Below, piece by piece: positions 39,225-50,329 of a stretch of DNA of 63,267 bases. The notes beneath the pieces were generated by a model. It saw only the letters and a program-made list of their open reading frames with translations. It was not told where the DNA came from and made no database searches. The stretch covers positions 1-63,267 of the forward strand of contig JAISCN010000047.1 of assembly GCA_031265515.1 (NCBI GenBank), written 5' to 3'. Both the position numbers and the translations under genes were made by a program. The stretch comes from Clostridiales bacterium (GTDB lineage: Bacteria > Bacillota > Clostridia > Lachnospirales > CAMVHY01). Every line of letters starts with the position of its first letter. Position 1 is the stretch's first letter.

Positions 39225-41654
39225 TTGGATAAATTTACAGAGAAAGCGCTCGAAATTATTGAAACTGCAAAAGATATTGCACGTGAATTAGGACACAGTT
39301 GCGTTGCTACAGAGCATCTTTTGTGTAGTATTTTAAAAGTTGAAAGTGTGGCACAACAAATTTTATTGGGACAAAATATAAATGATTATGATGTTGAAGA
39401 AAAAATTATAGAATTGGTTGGATCAGATAATCCCCTTGCTAAAAAACCCAATATTTTTACACCTAGAACGAAACGAGTACTAGAATCTAGCATACAGGAG
39501 TCTATTAAATTAGGTTTGGATAGTTTCGTAGGAAGCGAACATATATTATTAGCGCTTATAAGAGAAGTTGATAGTATTGCGGTTAGGATTTTGATTGAAT
39601 TAGGAGTAAATACACAGAGTCTTTATGATAACATAACTTTAATGTTAAAAGAACAGAATGGTGCTGGCTATGGTTCTGGAAAAAAAAAATTTATACGTTC
39701 TAATACTCCTATGTTGGATAAATTTAGCAAAGATTTAACTGAGGTAGCATCAAGTCACGGTTTTGATCCCATTATTGGTCGTCATAAAGAAATGAATATG
39801 ATAATGCAAATTTTAACTAGAAGAACCAAAAATAATCCCTGTTTGATAGGAGATCCAGGCGTTGGCAAGACTGCAATAGTAGAATATCTAGCGCAAATGA
39901 TACAAAAAGGTGAAGTTCCAGAGATCTTAAAAAATAAACGCGTTGTGTCATTTGACATTAGTTCTCTTGTGGCAGGCAGTAAATTTAGAGGCGAATTCGA
40001 AGAAAGAATAAAAGTAGCAATAAACGAAGTAAAAAAAGCAAAAGATGTTATTTTATTTATAGATGAGTTGCACACTATAATAGGAGCAGGAAATGCCGAA
40101 GGAGCTGTAGATGCTGCTAATATATTAAAACCATCATTAGCACGCGGCGAATTACAAATAATTGGTGCGACAACTATAAAAGAATACAGAAAACATATTG
40201 AAAAAGATGCTGCACTAGAAAGAAGATTTCAACCAGTTAAAGTAAATGAACCAAGTACCGAAGATGCTATTGCAATGCTATTTGGAATTAGAGATAAATA
40301 CGAGGCACACCACAGCGTGAAAATTACTGATAAAGCTATAGAAGCTGCGGTGAAATTATCTGCGAGATATATAACAGACAGATTTTTGCCAGATAAAGCA
40401 ATTGATTTAATTGATGAGGCAGCAGCTCATGAAAGATTAGTGGGTTGCACTGCTCCAATAGAAATAACTAAATTAGAAGATAAATTAAAAAACTTAATCA
40501 AAGAAAAAGAATCAGCGATAAAATTAGAGGATTTTGAGCGTGCTGGTAATATAAAAAAAGAAGAAGAAAAAACAAAAAAAGAAATAGACAGTAAAAGAAA
40601 TAAATGGAAAAACGAAAATAATATACATGAATTTCAAGTTGGCGAAGAAGAAATAGCCAAAGTTGTTTCTGATTGGACCGGTGTTAATGTGAGTCAATTG
40701 ACAAAAAATGAATCAGAAAGATTAAAAAATTTAGAAAAAATATTACACGAAAGAATAATAGGACAGGACGAAGCTGTAACTGCAATTGCTAAAACCATAC
40801 GAAGAGGCAGAGTAGGATTAAAAAATCCTAAACGCCCAATTGGAACTTTTTTATTTTTAGGACCAACAGGCGTCGGTAAAACTGAACTAAGTAGAGCTTT
40901 ATCTAAATTTTTATTTGATGATGAAGAAGCCGTTATAAGAATCGATATGTCTGAGTATCATGATAGATGGCAAGCAACAAAATTAATTGGATCTTCTCCT
41001 GGATATGTTGGATATGAAGAAGGAGGTCAACTTACTGAAAAAGTTAGACGTAAACCATATTCTGTTATTTTATTTGATGAAATTGAAAAAGCTCATCCGG
41101 ATATTTTTAATGTCTTGCTGCAGCTTTTAGACGATGGAAGATTAACTGACGCTCGTGGTCGTACTGCTGATTTTAAAAATACGATTATAATTATGACTTC
41201 GAATGTTGGTGCAAAAAGCATAATATCGCCTAAAAAACTAGGATTTTCAACTGATGACGACAAAGAAAAATCTTATGAAGAAATGAAAAAAAATATAATG
41301 TCAGAAGTTAAAGAATTATTTAAACCAGAGTTTTTAAATCGTATAGATGAAATCATTGTTTTTCGTCCCATCAGTCATGAAGATTCTAAAAAAATTGTTA
41401 ATATCATGTTTCAAGAAGTTAAAGATCGCGTAAAAGAAAGTTTTAACACAGAGATAGAATTTAACGACGACGTTGTTGAGTTTATTATCAAAAAAGGTTT
41501 TGATCAAAATTACGGTGCACGACCACTACGAAGAACTATACAAACAGAAATAGAGAATAGTTTATCAGAGATAATATTAGAAAAAAAAATTGATGTTAAT
41601 AAAAAAATTATAGTGGATATAATCGATAATAATATTAATTTTAGAAATGATTAA
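39225..41654 (+). CDS. clpC: ATP-dependent Clp protease ATP-binding subunit ClpC
   Basis: 809 aa. It has Clp_N repeats, two AAA+ modules ('GDPGVGKTA' and 'GPTGVGKTE'), a UVR-like linker, and GGAGG 9 nt before the TTG. No ctsR/mcsAB lies upstream. Confidence 0.96.
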   Translation: MDKFTEKALEIIETAKDIARELGHSCVATEHLLCSILKVESVAQQILLGQNINDYDVEEKIIELVGSDNPLAKKPNIFTPRTKRVLESSIQESIKLGLDSFVGSEHILLALIREVDSIAVRILIELGVNTQSLYDNITLMLKEQNGAGYGSGKKKFIRSNTPMLDKFSKDLTEVASSHGFDPIIGRHKEMNMIMQILTRRTKNNPCLIGDPGVGKTAIVEYLAQMIQKGEVPEILKNKRVVSFDISSLVAGSKFRGEFEERIKVAINEVKKAKDVILFIDELHTIIGAGNAEGAVDAANILKPSLARGELQIIGATTIKEYRKHIEKDAALERRFQPVKVNEPSTEDAIAMLFGIRDKYEAHHSVKITDKAIEAAVKLSARYITDRFLPDKAIDLIDEAAAHERLVGCTAPIEITKLEDKLKNLIKEKESAIKLEDFERAGNIKKEEEKTKKEIDSKRNKWKNENNIHEFQVGEEEIAKVVSDWTGVNVSQLTKNESERLKNLEKILHERIIGQDEAVTAIAKTIRRGRVGLKNPKRPIGTFLFLGPTGVGKTELSRALSKFLFDDEEAVIRIDMSEYHDRWQATKLIGSSPGYVGYEEGGQLTEKVRRKPYSVILFDEIEKAHPDIFNVLLQLLDDGRLTDARGRTADFKNTIIIMTSNVGAKSIISPKKLGFSTDDDKEKSYEEMKKNIMSEVKELFKPEFLNRIDEIIVFRPISHEDSKKIVNIMFQEVKDRVKESFNTEIEFNDDVVEFIIKKGFDQNYGARPLRRTIQTEIENSLSEIILEKKIDVNKKIIVDIIDNNINFRND

Positions 41655-41701
41655 ATCAAGATAATTTAATTTTAAAGAATATAATCAAAAGCTCTAAATA
41701 T

Positions 41702-42469
41702 ATGGCAATTATAATATCTAGTAGAAATAATAATTTATTTAAGAAAATTTTGAGTTTAAAAAATAAAAAAAATCGTGACAGAGAAAGTTTGTTTTTAATC
41801 GAAGGAAAAAAATTTGTATTAGAAGCTCAAAAATGTTCTATGGTTAAAAATATTATTGTTTCTGAAACTTATTTTAAGAATAATAAAAATGATTTGTTTA
41901 ATTTAGAAGAAAAAATTGTCTTTAGTGATTATATTTTTGAAATGATCAGCGATACAGAAAATACACAAGGCATAGTTGCTTTATGCGAGAAGAATAAAAT
42001 TGATATCGATAATATTTTTAAAGAAAATAATATTATAATTTTGAATAATATAAATGATCCGGGAAATTTAGGTTGTATAATAAGAAATTGTGTTGCGTTT
42101 GATGTTGGCGTGATAATTATTTCTAAAGGATCAGTTGATTTATATAATCCAAAAGTTTTGCGTGCAAGTGCAGGAAATATTTTTAAAATAAAAATTTTTT
42201 GTGAAGTTAATATAACAAAAATTTTGAGTAAATTAAAACATGCTGGATTTTATATATACGCAACTTATTTAAGTTCTAACAATTATATTCACACAATTAA
42301 ATTTAAATTAAAAAAAGTAATTATATTTGGCAATGAATCTAATGGTGTTTCGAATGATTTAATTGATTTTATTGATGAAACTATTAAAATAAAAACTAAT
42401 TCTGTTGAATCCTTGAATTTAGCAGTCTCTAGCGGAATAATCTTAAATCAAATTTTTAACTCGCGATAA
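41702..42469 (+). CDS. TrmH/SpoU-family RNA 2'-O-methyltransferase
   Basis: 255 aa with 'NINDPGNLGCIIRN', 'GNESNGVS' and 'ESLNLAVSSGIIL' (SpoU motifs 1-3). Confidence 0.88.
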   Translation: MAIIISSRNNNLFKKILSLKNKKNRDRESLFLIEGKKFVLEAQKCSMVKNIIVSETYFKNNKNDLFNLEEKIVFSDYIFEMISDTENTQGIVALCEKNKIDIDNIFKENNIIILNNINDPGNLGCIIRNCVAFDVGVIIISKGSVDLYNPKVLRASAGNIFKIKIFCEVNITKILSKLKHAGFYIYATYLSSNNYIHTIKFKLKKVIIFGNESNGVSNDLIDFIDETIKIKTNSVESLNLAVSSGIILNQIFNSR

Positions 42470-42499
42470 ATGCATCTATAAGATTTATAATTAATATGA

Positions 42500-44797
42500 T
42501 TAAATTTTACGAATATTTTTTAAAACATATTTGATATCAAAGGTATTATTTTTCAAAAATTTAATTATAAAAGCACCGTTATCACTAGTGTTTAAAATTT
42601 TAGTATCTATATTTTTTAATCTATCTAACACTTCTTTATTTGGATGTCCGTATGTATTATTTTTTTTACAAGAGATAAGTGCGATATCCGGCATAACTCT
42701 TAAAATAAATTCTAAACTACTAGAAGTTTTCGATCCATGATGAGCTATTTTTAAAATATTTGCTTGAACATCGATATTAGAATTTAAAATATCGTTTTCA
42801 GAATTACTTTCTATGTCACCTGTAAATAAAATTTTTTGAGAATAATTTTTGAAACTTACTCTTATTACTAACGAACTATCGTTGTTATTTTTAAAATCAA
42901 TATTTTTAATTGGATATAGACATTCAAAGAAAGTATCTTTAATCCAAAAATTATCATTAAACTTTAAAATTTTTATCAAAATATTAGACTCTTGAGCATT
43001 TTTTATTAGCTCTCGAGATAATTCATCATCAGCAAAACTAATCGGTAAATAAATTTCTTTTACTCTTTTATTTTTAACAAGTTCGATTATTCCAGTTATA
43101 TGATCGGCATCACTATGACTTACAAAAATATATGGTTTGTAACAAACTTTATAATTAAGATACGGAATTAAAATATTAACACCAGTGCTATTTCCTATTT
43201 CGTGATTAATATTTCCTCCTCCGTCTATAACAAAAAAATTATTTTTATTTTTAATTACGAAACTGTCGCCTTGGCCGACATCTAGCATCGTTAGTTCGAG
43301 AGAACTTTCTGTAAAAGATATAAAAGTAAAACACGTGATTAAAATAAAAATACTTATATAAAAATATTTTTTAAGTTTATTTACAAAAAAATAAATCAAC
43401 ATTAAAAATAGAATTATATAAAATATATTTATTTTGCCAGTTAATATCTTTGCATATGGTAAATCAGTCAGTATTTTTAATATTAATTCATAAATATCTA
43501 ATAACGAATAAATTACGACAGAAGAAACTTTTGCTAAGTTTAAATTAATAACGCATAAAATACTTGTTAGAAAATTAAAAAACATCAAAAATGACATAGT
43601 AGGCAAGATTATCAAATTCGCGATTATACTATACGGTGTTATATAAAAAAAATAATACGCTGTTATCATCCAAGTTATTAAATTTACTGATATATTTGAT
43701 ATAAGATAATTTTTTAAGAAATTATTTTTTGCGTTAAATAACTTTTCTATTTTTTTATTTAATATAGCTATTGCTAAAACCGAGGAAAACGAATATACAA
43801 ACGCTAAATTATATATAAAATATGGATTGATAGTTAAGAAAATAATAATTGTTAGTGATATGGAATTTAACAAATCATAATCACGATTTATAAATTTGCT
43901 GATTATAAATAAAATTGTCATTATAAATGCTCTGGCAGTAGATAAATTCACACCAGATAAATTTAAATAAAAAAATAAAATCAAAATAGTAAATATGCTC
44001 GCTAAACGTTTGTGAAAAAATATACTTAAGAAAAAATCAACTATCGAAACTAAAATAGATATGTGCAAACCAGAAATTGCTAAAATGTGATACATTCCAG
44101 ATGTCTTAAATAATTCGCTTGTTTGATAATCAAGTGAAGTTTTGTCTCCTAATATTATAGAATTTAAAATATTAGCTTTGCGATCACCTAGTATAATTTT
44201 GTATGATTGATAAAGTTTTGTTTTTAACAAATCCAAGTAAAATATGAATTTATTGTCGACACCAAGATTTTTTATTTTGTCAGATGAAATTTTATAACTG
44301 ATGTTATTAGATAAAAAATACTTTTGTTCATCGAAACATCCGGGATTTCTTTGAATATCAGGGAGTTTTAAAAGACCAGTAATTATGACTTTACTGCCCG
44401 GACTAACTTTAAAATCTAAATTATTTTTGTTGTTTTTGTATATATAAACTAAAATTTTTTTATTAAATAAAAAATTATTTTCTTTGGATTTAACTGTAAG
44501 TCTCAAATATTTTTCAAAGTTGTCTAACTTATAAATAATTCCAGTAATGTTAATTTCTTGTTTTATCTCTGAATCAAATTTTTTTAAACTAATTCTTGTT
44601 ATTCCTGAAAAAAATATTATTGCTGATAAAATTAATAAACTAATATTCGATTTTAGATAAACTATAAAAAACGATATTAAGATTAAAAATAGATAAAAAA
44701 AGAAAAAATTTTTATTACACGAAAAGATTATGCCCAATGTATAAAACACAGCGACTAAAAACATTGGACATTTTATTTTGCTTTTTAAATCAAGCAT
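42500..44797 (-). CDS. comEC: DNA internalization-related competence protein ComEC/Rec2
   Basis: 765 aa. It has a polytopic competence domain and a C-terminal metallo-beta-lactamase module 'LDVGQGDS...FVSHSDADHITG'. Confidence 0.9.
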   Translation of the reverse strand: MLDLKSKIKCPMFLVAVFYTLGIIFSCNKNFFFFYLFLILISFFIVYLKSNISLLILSAIIFFSGITRISLKKFDSEIKQEINITGIIYKLDNFEKYLRLTVKSKENNFLFNKKILVYIYKNNKNNLDFKVSPGSKVIITGLLKLPDIQRNPGCFDEQKYFLSNNISYKISSDKIKNLGVDNKFIFYLDLLKTKLYQSYKIILGDRKANILNSIILGDKTSLDYQTSELFKTSGMYHILAISGLHISILVSIVDFFLSIFFHKRLASIFTILILFFYLNLSGVNLSTARAFIMTILFIISKFINRDYDLLNSISLTIIIFLTINPYFIYNLAFVYSFSSVLAIAILNKKIEKLFNAKNNFLKNYLISNISVNLITWMITAYYFFYITPYSIIANLIILPTMSFLMFFNFLTSILCVINLNLAKVSSVVIYSLLDIYELILKILTDLPYAKILTGKINIFYIILFLMLIYFFVNKLKKYFYISIFILITCFTFISFTESSLELTMLDVGQGDSFVIKNKNNFFVIDGGGNINHEIGNSTGVNILIPYLNYKVCYKPYIFVSHSDADHITGIIELVKNKRVKEIYLPISFADDELSRELIKNAQESNILIKILKFNDNFWIKDTFFECLYPIKNIDFKNNNDSSLVIRVSFKNYSQKILFTGDIESNSENDILNSNIDVQANILKIAHHGSKTSSSLEFILRVMPDIALISCKKNNTYGHPNKEVLDRLKNIDTKILNTSDNGAFIIKFLKNNTFDIKYVLKNIRKI

Positions 44798-44954
44798 AGC
44801 TAAATTTTATCAGTTTCTTTAAGTATATATTTTTTTTTAAAATTAAATCTTTAAATATTTTTTTAATATTTTTTTAATTAGACATGCAATAAAAATCCAA
44901 CTCCTAAATATAGCTAGAAAGTAATAAAAAAATTAGGAGTGAAAAAATTAATAT

Positions 44955-46958
44955 ATGGGTTCAGGAAATTTAAAAGTTAGTGTGCATTCTGGAAGAGGTA
45001 CTATACCTATCAATAATGCACAAGTTGTTATAAAAAATTCTTCAGGTGTTTTAAAAACACTTAAAACTGATAGTGATGGAAATACTGAATATATAAGTTT
45101 ATCAACACCAAACATAGAAACTACTTTAACGCCATATGCAGAAGGTCCGTGGCACGGCACATATACAGTTGAAGTTACCGCACCTGGTTATCAAGTTACA
45201 ACTATAAATGGCGTACAAATTTTTGATCAACGTAATAGTGATTTGCCTGTTAACTTGCTAGTTGCCACACGCGACACAGAAACAGAAACAATAAATATAC
45301 CCGAAAACGAATTGCATAATTCTAATCAAAGAGAGCAAAAAACAGGATTAACGGCAAGAATTTTACACGAAGTAATTATTCCAGAAAAAATTATTGTTCA
45401 CTTAGGGACTCCAACAAATAACAGTGTCAAAAACGTTACAGTGCCATTTATTGACTATATAAAAAATGTTGCGTCGCATGAACCATATCCGACCTGGCCC
45501 GAAAAATCTCTCGAAGCAAATATATACGTGATAATAACTTTTGCACTAAACCGAATCTACACTGAATGGTATACTTCAAAAGGATATAATTTTAATATAA
45601 CAAATTCTACTGCTTATGATCAATATTATGTTGATGGCGGAGAAGTTTTTGAAAATGTTGCGGCAATAGTAGATAAAATTTTTAATATTTTTGTTAAAAG
45701 ACAGGGTCATGCAGAGCCATATTTTACCTCTTTTTGTAATGGCACAACTTCGACTTGTGCTGGTTTGTCTCAATGGGGAACTGTTGATTGGGCAAATCAA
45801 GGACTAGATGCTCTTCAAATATTAAAAAAATATTATCCAAGTGATATTCAACTTGTTACTTGCTATAACCAAGCACCAATTTATTCTTCTTTTCCTGGAA
45901 CTTTGTCAAATGGTTCTCGAGGTAATAATGTAAAACGTATGCAAGAGTATTTAAATAGAATAAGAGTAAATTATCCATTAATACCAGAAATAAATCCTGA
46001 AGATGGAATTTACGGAGCACAAACTCAAGAATCAGTTAAAGTTTTTCAGAGCATATTTGATTTAAGCCAAACAGGAACTATTAATCAGGCAACGTGGAAT
46101 AAAATATCTAGTATTTATGTTGCAGTAAAAAAACTTTCTGAATTAGATAGCGAAGGCGAGAGAATTGATATAGGAAATAACCCACCAACAACAGTTATCC
46201 GTCAAGGTAATCGCGGTTCAACAGTTTTAGAACTACAATTTATTTTAGATTATCTTTCACAGTTTTATGACAGCATTCCGGATATTTTACAAAACAGCGT
46301 TTTTGATGTCAATACAACAGCAGCAGTTAAAGATTTTCAAAATGCATTTGGTTTGACAGCTGATGGAATTGTTGGTCCAAGTACATGGGCAAAACTTTAT
46401 GAAATTTATAAAGCAACAAAAAATAATACAAATGTTCCAGGTTATGATGATGATCCTCAGTATCCAGGAAGTTTGCTAAAAGTTGGATCCCGTGGAACTG
46501 ACGTTTTAATCATGCAAAGATATTTAAACTTAATTTCTCAAGTCTATACATCAATACCAAAAGTAACTGAAGACGGAATATTTGGCGATGGAACAAAATA
46601 TGCTGTTTCTAAATTTCAAGAATTATTTGGTTTATCTTCAGATGGTATAATTGGTAAATTAACATGGGATAGAATAGTGCAAACTTATGATAATTTAGGA
46701 TCTGAAAAAGAAAAGTATCCGGGTTATATCTTGAAAGTAGGATCTAGTGGCGACAGTGTAAAATTGATTCAAAATTATTTAAATGCAATATCTAATTCTT
46801 ATCCATCAATACCAAAAGTAACTGCCGATGGAATATTTGGTTCTAAAACAAAAGAACAAGTTATTGCATATCAAAAAATATTTGGTTTATCAGCTGATGG
46901 TTTAGTTGGTCCATCGACATGGAGCTCAATAATAAGCACTTATCATAATTTATACTAA
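44955..46958 (+). CDS. Cell-wall/cortex-associated protein: CarboxypepD_reg-like module, SpoIID/LytB-like domain and four PG_binding_1 repeats
   Basis: 667 aa. The N-terminal module is 'NAQVVIKNSSGVLKTLKTDSDGNTEY'. The SpoIID-like block is 'IDYIKNVASHEPYPTWPEKSLEANIYVIITFALNRIY...AYDQYY'. Four '...G.DV..MQ.YLN.I...YPSIPKVT.DGIFG..T..AV..FQ..FGLS.DGI.G..TW..I' repeats follow. Confidence 0.75.
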   Translation: MGSGNLKVSVHSGRGTIPINNAQVVIKNSSGVLKTLKTDSDGNTEYISLSTPNIETTLTPYAEGPWHGTYTVEVTAPGYQVTTINGVQIFDQRNSDLPVNLLVATRDTETETINIPENELHNSNQREQKTGLTARILHEVIIPEKIIVHLGTPTNNSVKNVTVPFIDYIKNVASHEPYPTWPEKSLEANIYVIITFALNRIYTEWYTSKGYNFNITNSTAYDQYYVDGGEVFENVAAIVDKIFNIFVKRQGHAEPYFTSFCNGTTSTCAGLSQWGTVDWANQGLDALQILKKYYPSDIQLVTCYNQAPIYSSFPGTLSNGSRGNNVKRMQEYLNRIRVNYPLIPEINPEDGIYGAQTQESVKVFQSIFDLSQTGTINQATWNKISSIYVAVKKLSELDSEGERIDIGNNPPTTVIRQGNRGSTVLELQFILDYLSQFYDSIPDILQNSVFDVNTTAAVKDFQNAFGLTADGIVGPSTWAKLYEIYKATKNNTNVPGYDDDPQYPGSLLKVGSRGTDVLIMQRYLNLISQVYTSIPKVTEDGIFGDGTKYAVSKFQELFGLSSDGIIGKLTWDRIVQTYDNLGSEKEKYPGYILKVGSSGDSVKLIQNYLNAISNSYPSIPKVTADGIFGSKTKEQVIAYQKIFGLSADGLVGPSTWSSIISTYHNLY

Positions 46959-46973
46959 TTAATTAATTAAGTT

Positions 46974-47501
46974 TTATATAATTAACTTACCTAAAAACAA
47001 AGCGGCGACTTGAGATAATTTATTCTCGAGTTCGCCTATTTTATTTTTTGATAAGATTATAATTGCTCCGTATGATTCACCTTGTGATATTATCGGCAAT
47101 ATTAATTCATATCTTATATTATTATTTTTGTTTTTATCTATTATTTCTATAAAATTAGGATCGCTATTAGATACGTTTAACTTTTTTTTATTCTCGATAA
47201 TATTTTTTAATTCGTCACTTATTTTTTTGCCAACTAAAATTTGTTTTGAACTAGAAAAAAATATTTCTTTATTACAAAATAAAATTATACATTTGTTCAT
47301 GATAACAGATAAACTCTCGATATATTTGGGCGCAACAAAATAAACATCTGACATCTCAGAGACTTTTCTCAGAACTATATTTTCTTTATCAATATAAATT
47401 TCTAATGGCGAATTATAATTAATTTTCATTTTCTTTCTGATCTCAGTAGGAACCACAAATCTACCAAGATTATCTATTTTTCTTATTATGCCATTTGTCA
47501 T
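46974..47501 (-). CDS. spoVT: Stage V sporulation protein T (AbrB/SpoVT family regulator)
   Basis: The swapped-hairpin N-terminus 'GIIRKIDNLGRFVVPTEIRKKMKI...PLEIYIDKENIVLRK' is followed by a GAF-like C-terminal domain. I start at the internal ATG 47501; the track ORF has 32 extra codons. Confidence 0.88.
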   Translation of the reverse strand: MTNGIIRKIDNLGRFVVPTEIRKKMKINYNSPLEIYIDKENIVLRKVSEMSDVYFVAPKYIESLSVIMNKCIILFCNKEIFFSSSKQILVGKKISDELKNIIENKKKLNVSNSDPNFIEIIDKNKNNNIRYELILPIISQGESYGAIIILSKNKIGELENKLSQVAALFLGKLII

Positions 47502-47607
47502 AAAAAATATCACCAATTTGACTTGATGATATATATAATTGGCAATTGTTGTCGTGTTAATACAAAATTTTAATTTTCTATTTTTATCTTTTAACAAAAA
47601 AGAGATA

Positions 47608-48795
47608 TTAAAAAATTCTTCTTATTAGTCTAGAAAATATATCAAATATATTCGCTTTTGCAATATCTTGAGTAGATATTAAGTTTGATCGAGCAACTTC
47701 TCTATTATCTATATAATAAATAATTTCACCAAGTTTTTGATTTTTTAAAATTGGTGCGAAAATTTTTTTGTCAAAAATAAATTTACTCTTTAAATTTTTT
47801 CTAGAAGATTTATTTACTAAAACTCCCGCTTGTTTTTCTATTGAAACTCCAACTTTTTCTTGTTTACCTTTGTAAATTTTAACTTCTCCCGTAATTGTTC
47901 CAGTTGGTTCACCATAAATAACACAGTAGTTTGCAAACCCATAATCTAAAAGTTTTGAAGCTTCAGCAAATCTGTCTTTTGCTGTTGGTGACGCCATTAT
48001 AACTGCAATTAAATTCATTCCGTCGCGTTCTGCAGTTGCAGAAAGGCAAAAAAGTGCTTTATCAGTAAATCCTGTTTTTAATCCATTAGCACCATTGTAT
48101 ATTTTTAAAAGTTTATTGGTATTAGTCAAAACAAATTCGGATTCACCACGACGTGTAACATGAGTTATTTTATCTTGCCAAATTTTAGAATAGTCGAGCA
48201 CATCCGGGTATTTATTTATAAGTTCACGTGTCATCAATGCTATATCATACGCTGTTGTTTCGTGACCATCGGCGGTAAGTCCACACGAATTCAAAAAAAA
48301 TGTATTTTTCATTCCTAATTTTTTCGCTTTTTTATTCATGAGATTAACAAAATTTTCTTCACTACCTCCAATAAATTCAGCCATTGCCACTGATGCATCG
48401 TTTCCAGACGGTATTATTATTGATTTTAACAAATTTTTTACACTTTGTTGCTCTCCTGATTCTAAAAATACTTGAGACCCACCCATTTCTGCAGCGTGTT
48501 CGCTAATTGTCACTGTATCGTTAAATTTTATTTTTCCTTGGTGTAAAGCTTCGTAAATTAATAATATTGTCATGATTTTTGTAACACTTGCTGGTGAAAG
48601 TTTTTCGTGCTCATTTTTTGAAAATAATACTTGACCTGTGTTAGGTTCCATAAGAACAACTGATCTAGACATTAAATTTAAATTTGGAATTTCTTCTGCA
48701 CGAGTTATCGTATTAGTAAATACAAAAGAATTTAAAAAAAACATAATAACAAAAATTAAAGAAATTATTTTTTTAAAAGTTTTAATTAATCTCAA
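47608..48795 (-). CDS. D-alanyl-D-alanine carboxypeptidase (PBP5/DacB/DacF type)
   Basis: 395 aa. It has a signal peptide, SxxK 'SVTKIMT', SxN 'SGND' and KTG 'KTGFT'. Confidence 0.92.
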   Translation of the reverse strand: MRLIKTFKKIISLIFVIMFFLNSFVFTNTITRAEEIPNLNLMSRSVVLMEPNTGQVLFSKNEHEKLSPASVTKIMTILLIYEALHQGKIKFNDTVTISEHAAEMGGSQVFLESGEQQSVKNLLKSIIIPSGNDASVAMAEFIGGSEENFVNLMNKKAKKLGMKNTFFLNSCGLTADGHETTAYDIALMTRELINKYPDVLDYSKIWQDKITHVTRRGESEFVLTNTNKLLKIYNGANGLKTGFTDKALFCLSATAERDGMNLIAVIMASPTAKDRFAEASKLLDYGFANYCVIYGEPTGTITGEVKIYKGKQEKVGVSIEKQAGVLVNKSSRKNLKSKFIFDKKIFAPILKNQKLGEIIYYIDNREVARSNLISTQDIAKANIFDIFSRLIRRIF

Positions 48796-48904
48796 AAACT
48801 TGCCTCCCGTTTTTTTTGTGAAAAAAACAAAAATATTCTAAATTAATTTATATCAAGAAAATTTTTTTTATAACTATCATGTTATTTATAATGTTGGTGA
48901 TTGA

Positions 48905-49759
48905 TTGAAATTAAGAAAAACTTTTTTTTTAATAATATTTTTATTGATATCTTTGGCTTTTATTTTTATAGATAAAATTTTTAAATTTGATCTTGTAGAT
49001 AGCGCTTTTTGTAGTATTGTAGTACCATTTCAAAAGTATATTAGTTTGAGCACTAATTTTATCACTAATAATTTAAGTGTTATTTCAAATGTTTTTGAGA
49101 TCGAAAACGAGAACATAAAATTAAAAAATAAAATAGAAAAATTTAAACTTAAAAGCGAATATTACAAAAGTTTAGAAAGAGAGAATAAAAAACTAAATAA
49201 TTTGCTAGAAATAAAAAGTAGATTACAGAATTTTGAAATGACAGGAGCTCGTGTAATAGCAAAAGACGAAAACATGTGGTTTGATATTTTTATCATTGAT
49301 AAAGGATTGATCGATGGATTAAAAAAAAATATGGTTGTTGTGACCAATGGTGCTATTCTCGGAAAAATCACGGATGTAAAAAAAAATTTTTCAAAAGTCA
49401 AAAGTTTGATAGACATAAATAGTTCTATGAGCATTAAAAATACCAGAAATGGTGATTTAGGTTTTGTTAAAGGTGATGCAATTCTAAAAAAAAAAGGTCT
49501 TTGCAAATTAGATTTTTTTGACGAATTGGCCGATATAAAAATCGGAGACGAGATAGTAACGTCACAATTGAGCAATATATTTTTTGCTAATATGATCGTT
49601 GGGAAAATTATCAAAAACAATAAAAATAATATAATTCTAAAACCGGCTTGTGATTTAAAAAATATCGAGTATGTTTTAATAATAGAATCAGTTTTAGATT
49701 TAGATTCAGATCAAAATTTTGAAGAAAAAAACTTTGATCTTAAATCCGGGGAAAGCTAG
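48905..49759 (+). CDS. mreC: Rod shape-determining protein MreC
   Basis: 284 aa. It has an N-terminal TM, a coiled-coil 'ENENIKLKNKIEKFK', and beta-barrel repeats 'VVTNGAILGKITDV' / 'IVTSQLSNIF...IVGKI'. mreB is not adjacent. Confidence 0.88.
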   Translation: MKLRKTFFLIIFLLISLAFIFIDKIFKFDLVDSAFCSIVVPFQKYISLSTNFITNNLSVISNVFEIENENIKLKNKIEKFKLKSEYYKSLERENKKLNNLLEIKSRLQNFEMTGARVIAKDENMWFDIFIIDKGLIDGLKKNMVVVTNGAILGKITDVKKNFSKVKSLIDINSSMSIKNTRNGDLGFVKGDAILKKKGLCKLDFFDELADIKIGDEIVTSQLSNIFFANMIVGKIIKNNKNNIILKPACDLKNIEYVLIIESVLDLDSDQNFEEKNFDLKSGES

Positions 49760-49799
49760 TAACTTTTTATTTAATTTTTATTTTCATGGGAAAAAATAA

Positions 49800-50312
49800 A
49801 TGCAGATCCTTAAAAAAACACTTTTATTTTTTTTATCGTTTGCTTTTCAATTTTTTTTTATATACAAGATCAATTGCATTCAAAATTTATTTTTTTTTAG
49901 TCCAGATATTTTTTTAGCAATACTAATCTCTTTTTTGATTTTAAGAAAATATTTCAGTCTTTTATTATTTATTGTTTTGTTCGGATTAACAAGAGATATC
50001 TTATCTCCAATTAATTTCGGTTTTTATACTATTTTATATTCGACCGCTATAATTTTATTGTCTTTATATTTAAATGTTTTTCACAAAAGCAAATTATTTT
50101 CTAAAATTTTTTTTTGTTTATTATCCACAATCTTAATAGAATCGTCCATTTTAATATTATTTGCAAAAAAAATAATCACACAAAATATCGCAAGTGTAAT
50201 TTTATATATTTTTTTTAAAATTATAGAAAACATAATATCAATTTTGATTATTTATCCATTGATAAAATATATATGTTCTAAAAAACAAAAAAAATATACG
50301 TATTATTTCTAA
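49800..50312 (+). CDS. mreD: Rod shape-determining protein MreD
   Basis: A 170-aa polytopic membrane protein immediately downstream of mreC. Confidence 0.7.
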   Translation: MQILKKTLLFFLSFAFQFFFIYKINCIQNLFFFSPDIFLAILISFLILRKYFSLLLFIVLFGLTRDILSPINFGFYTILYSTAIILLSLYLNVFHKSKLFSKIFFCLLSTILIESSILILFAKKIITQNIASVILYIFFKIIENIISILIIYPLIKYICSKKQKKYTYYF

Positions 50313-50329
50313 ATCATTATAACCTTCAC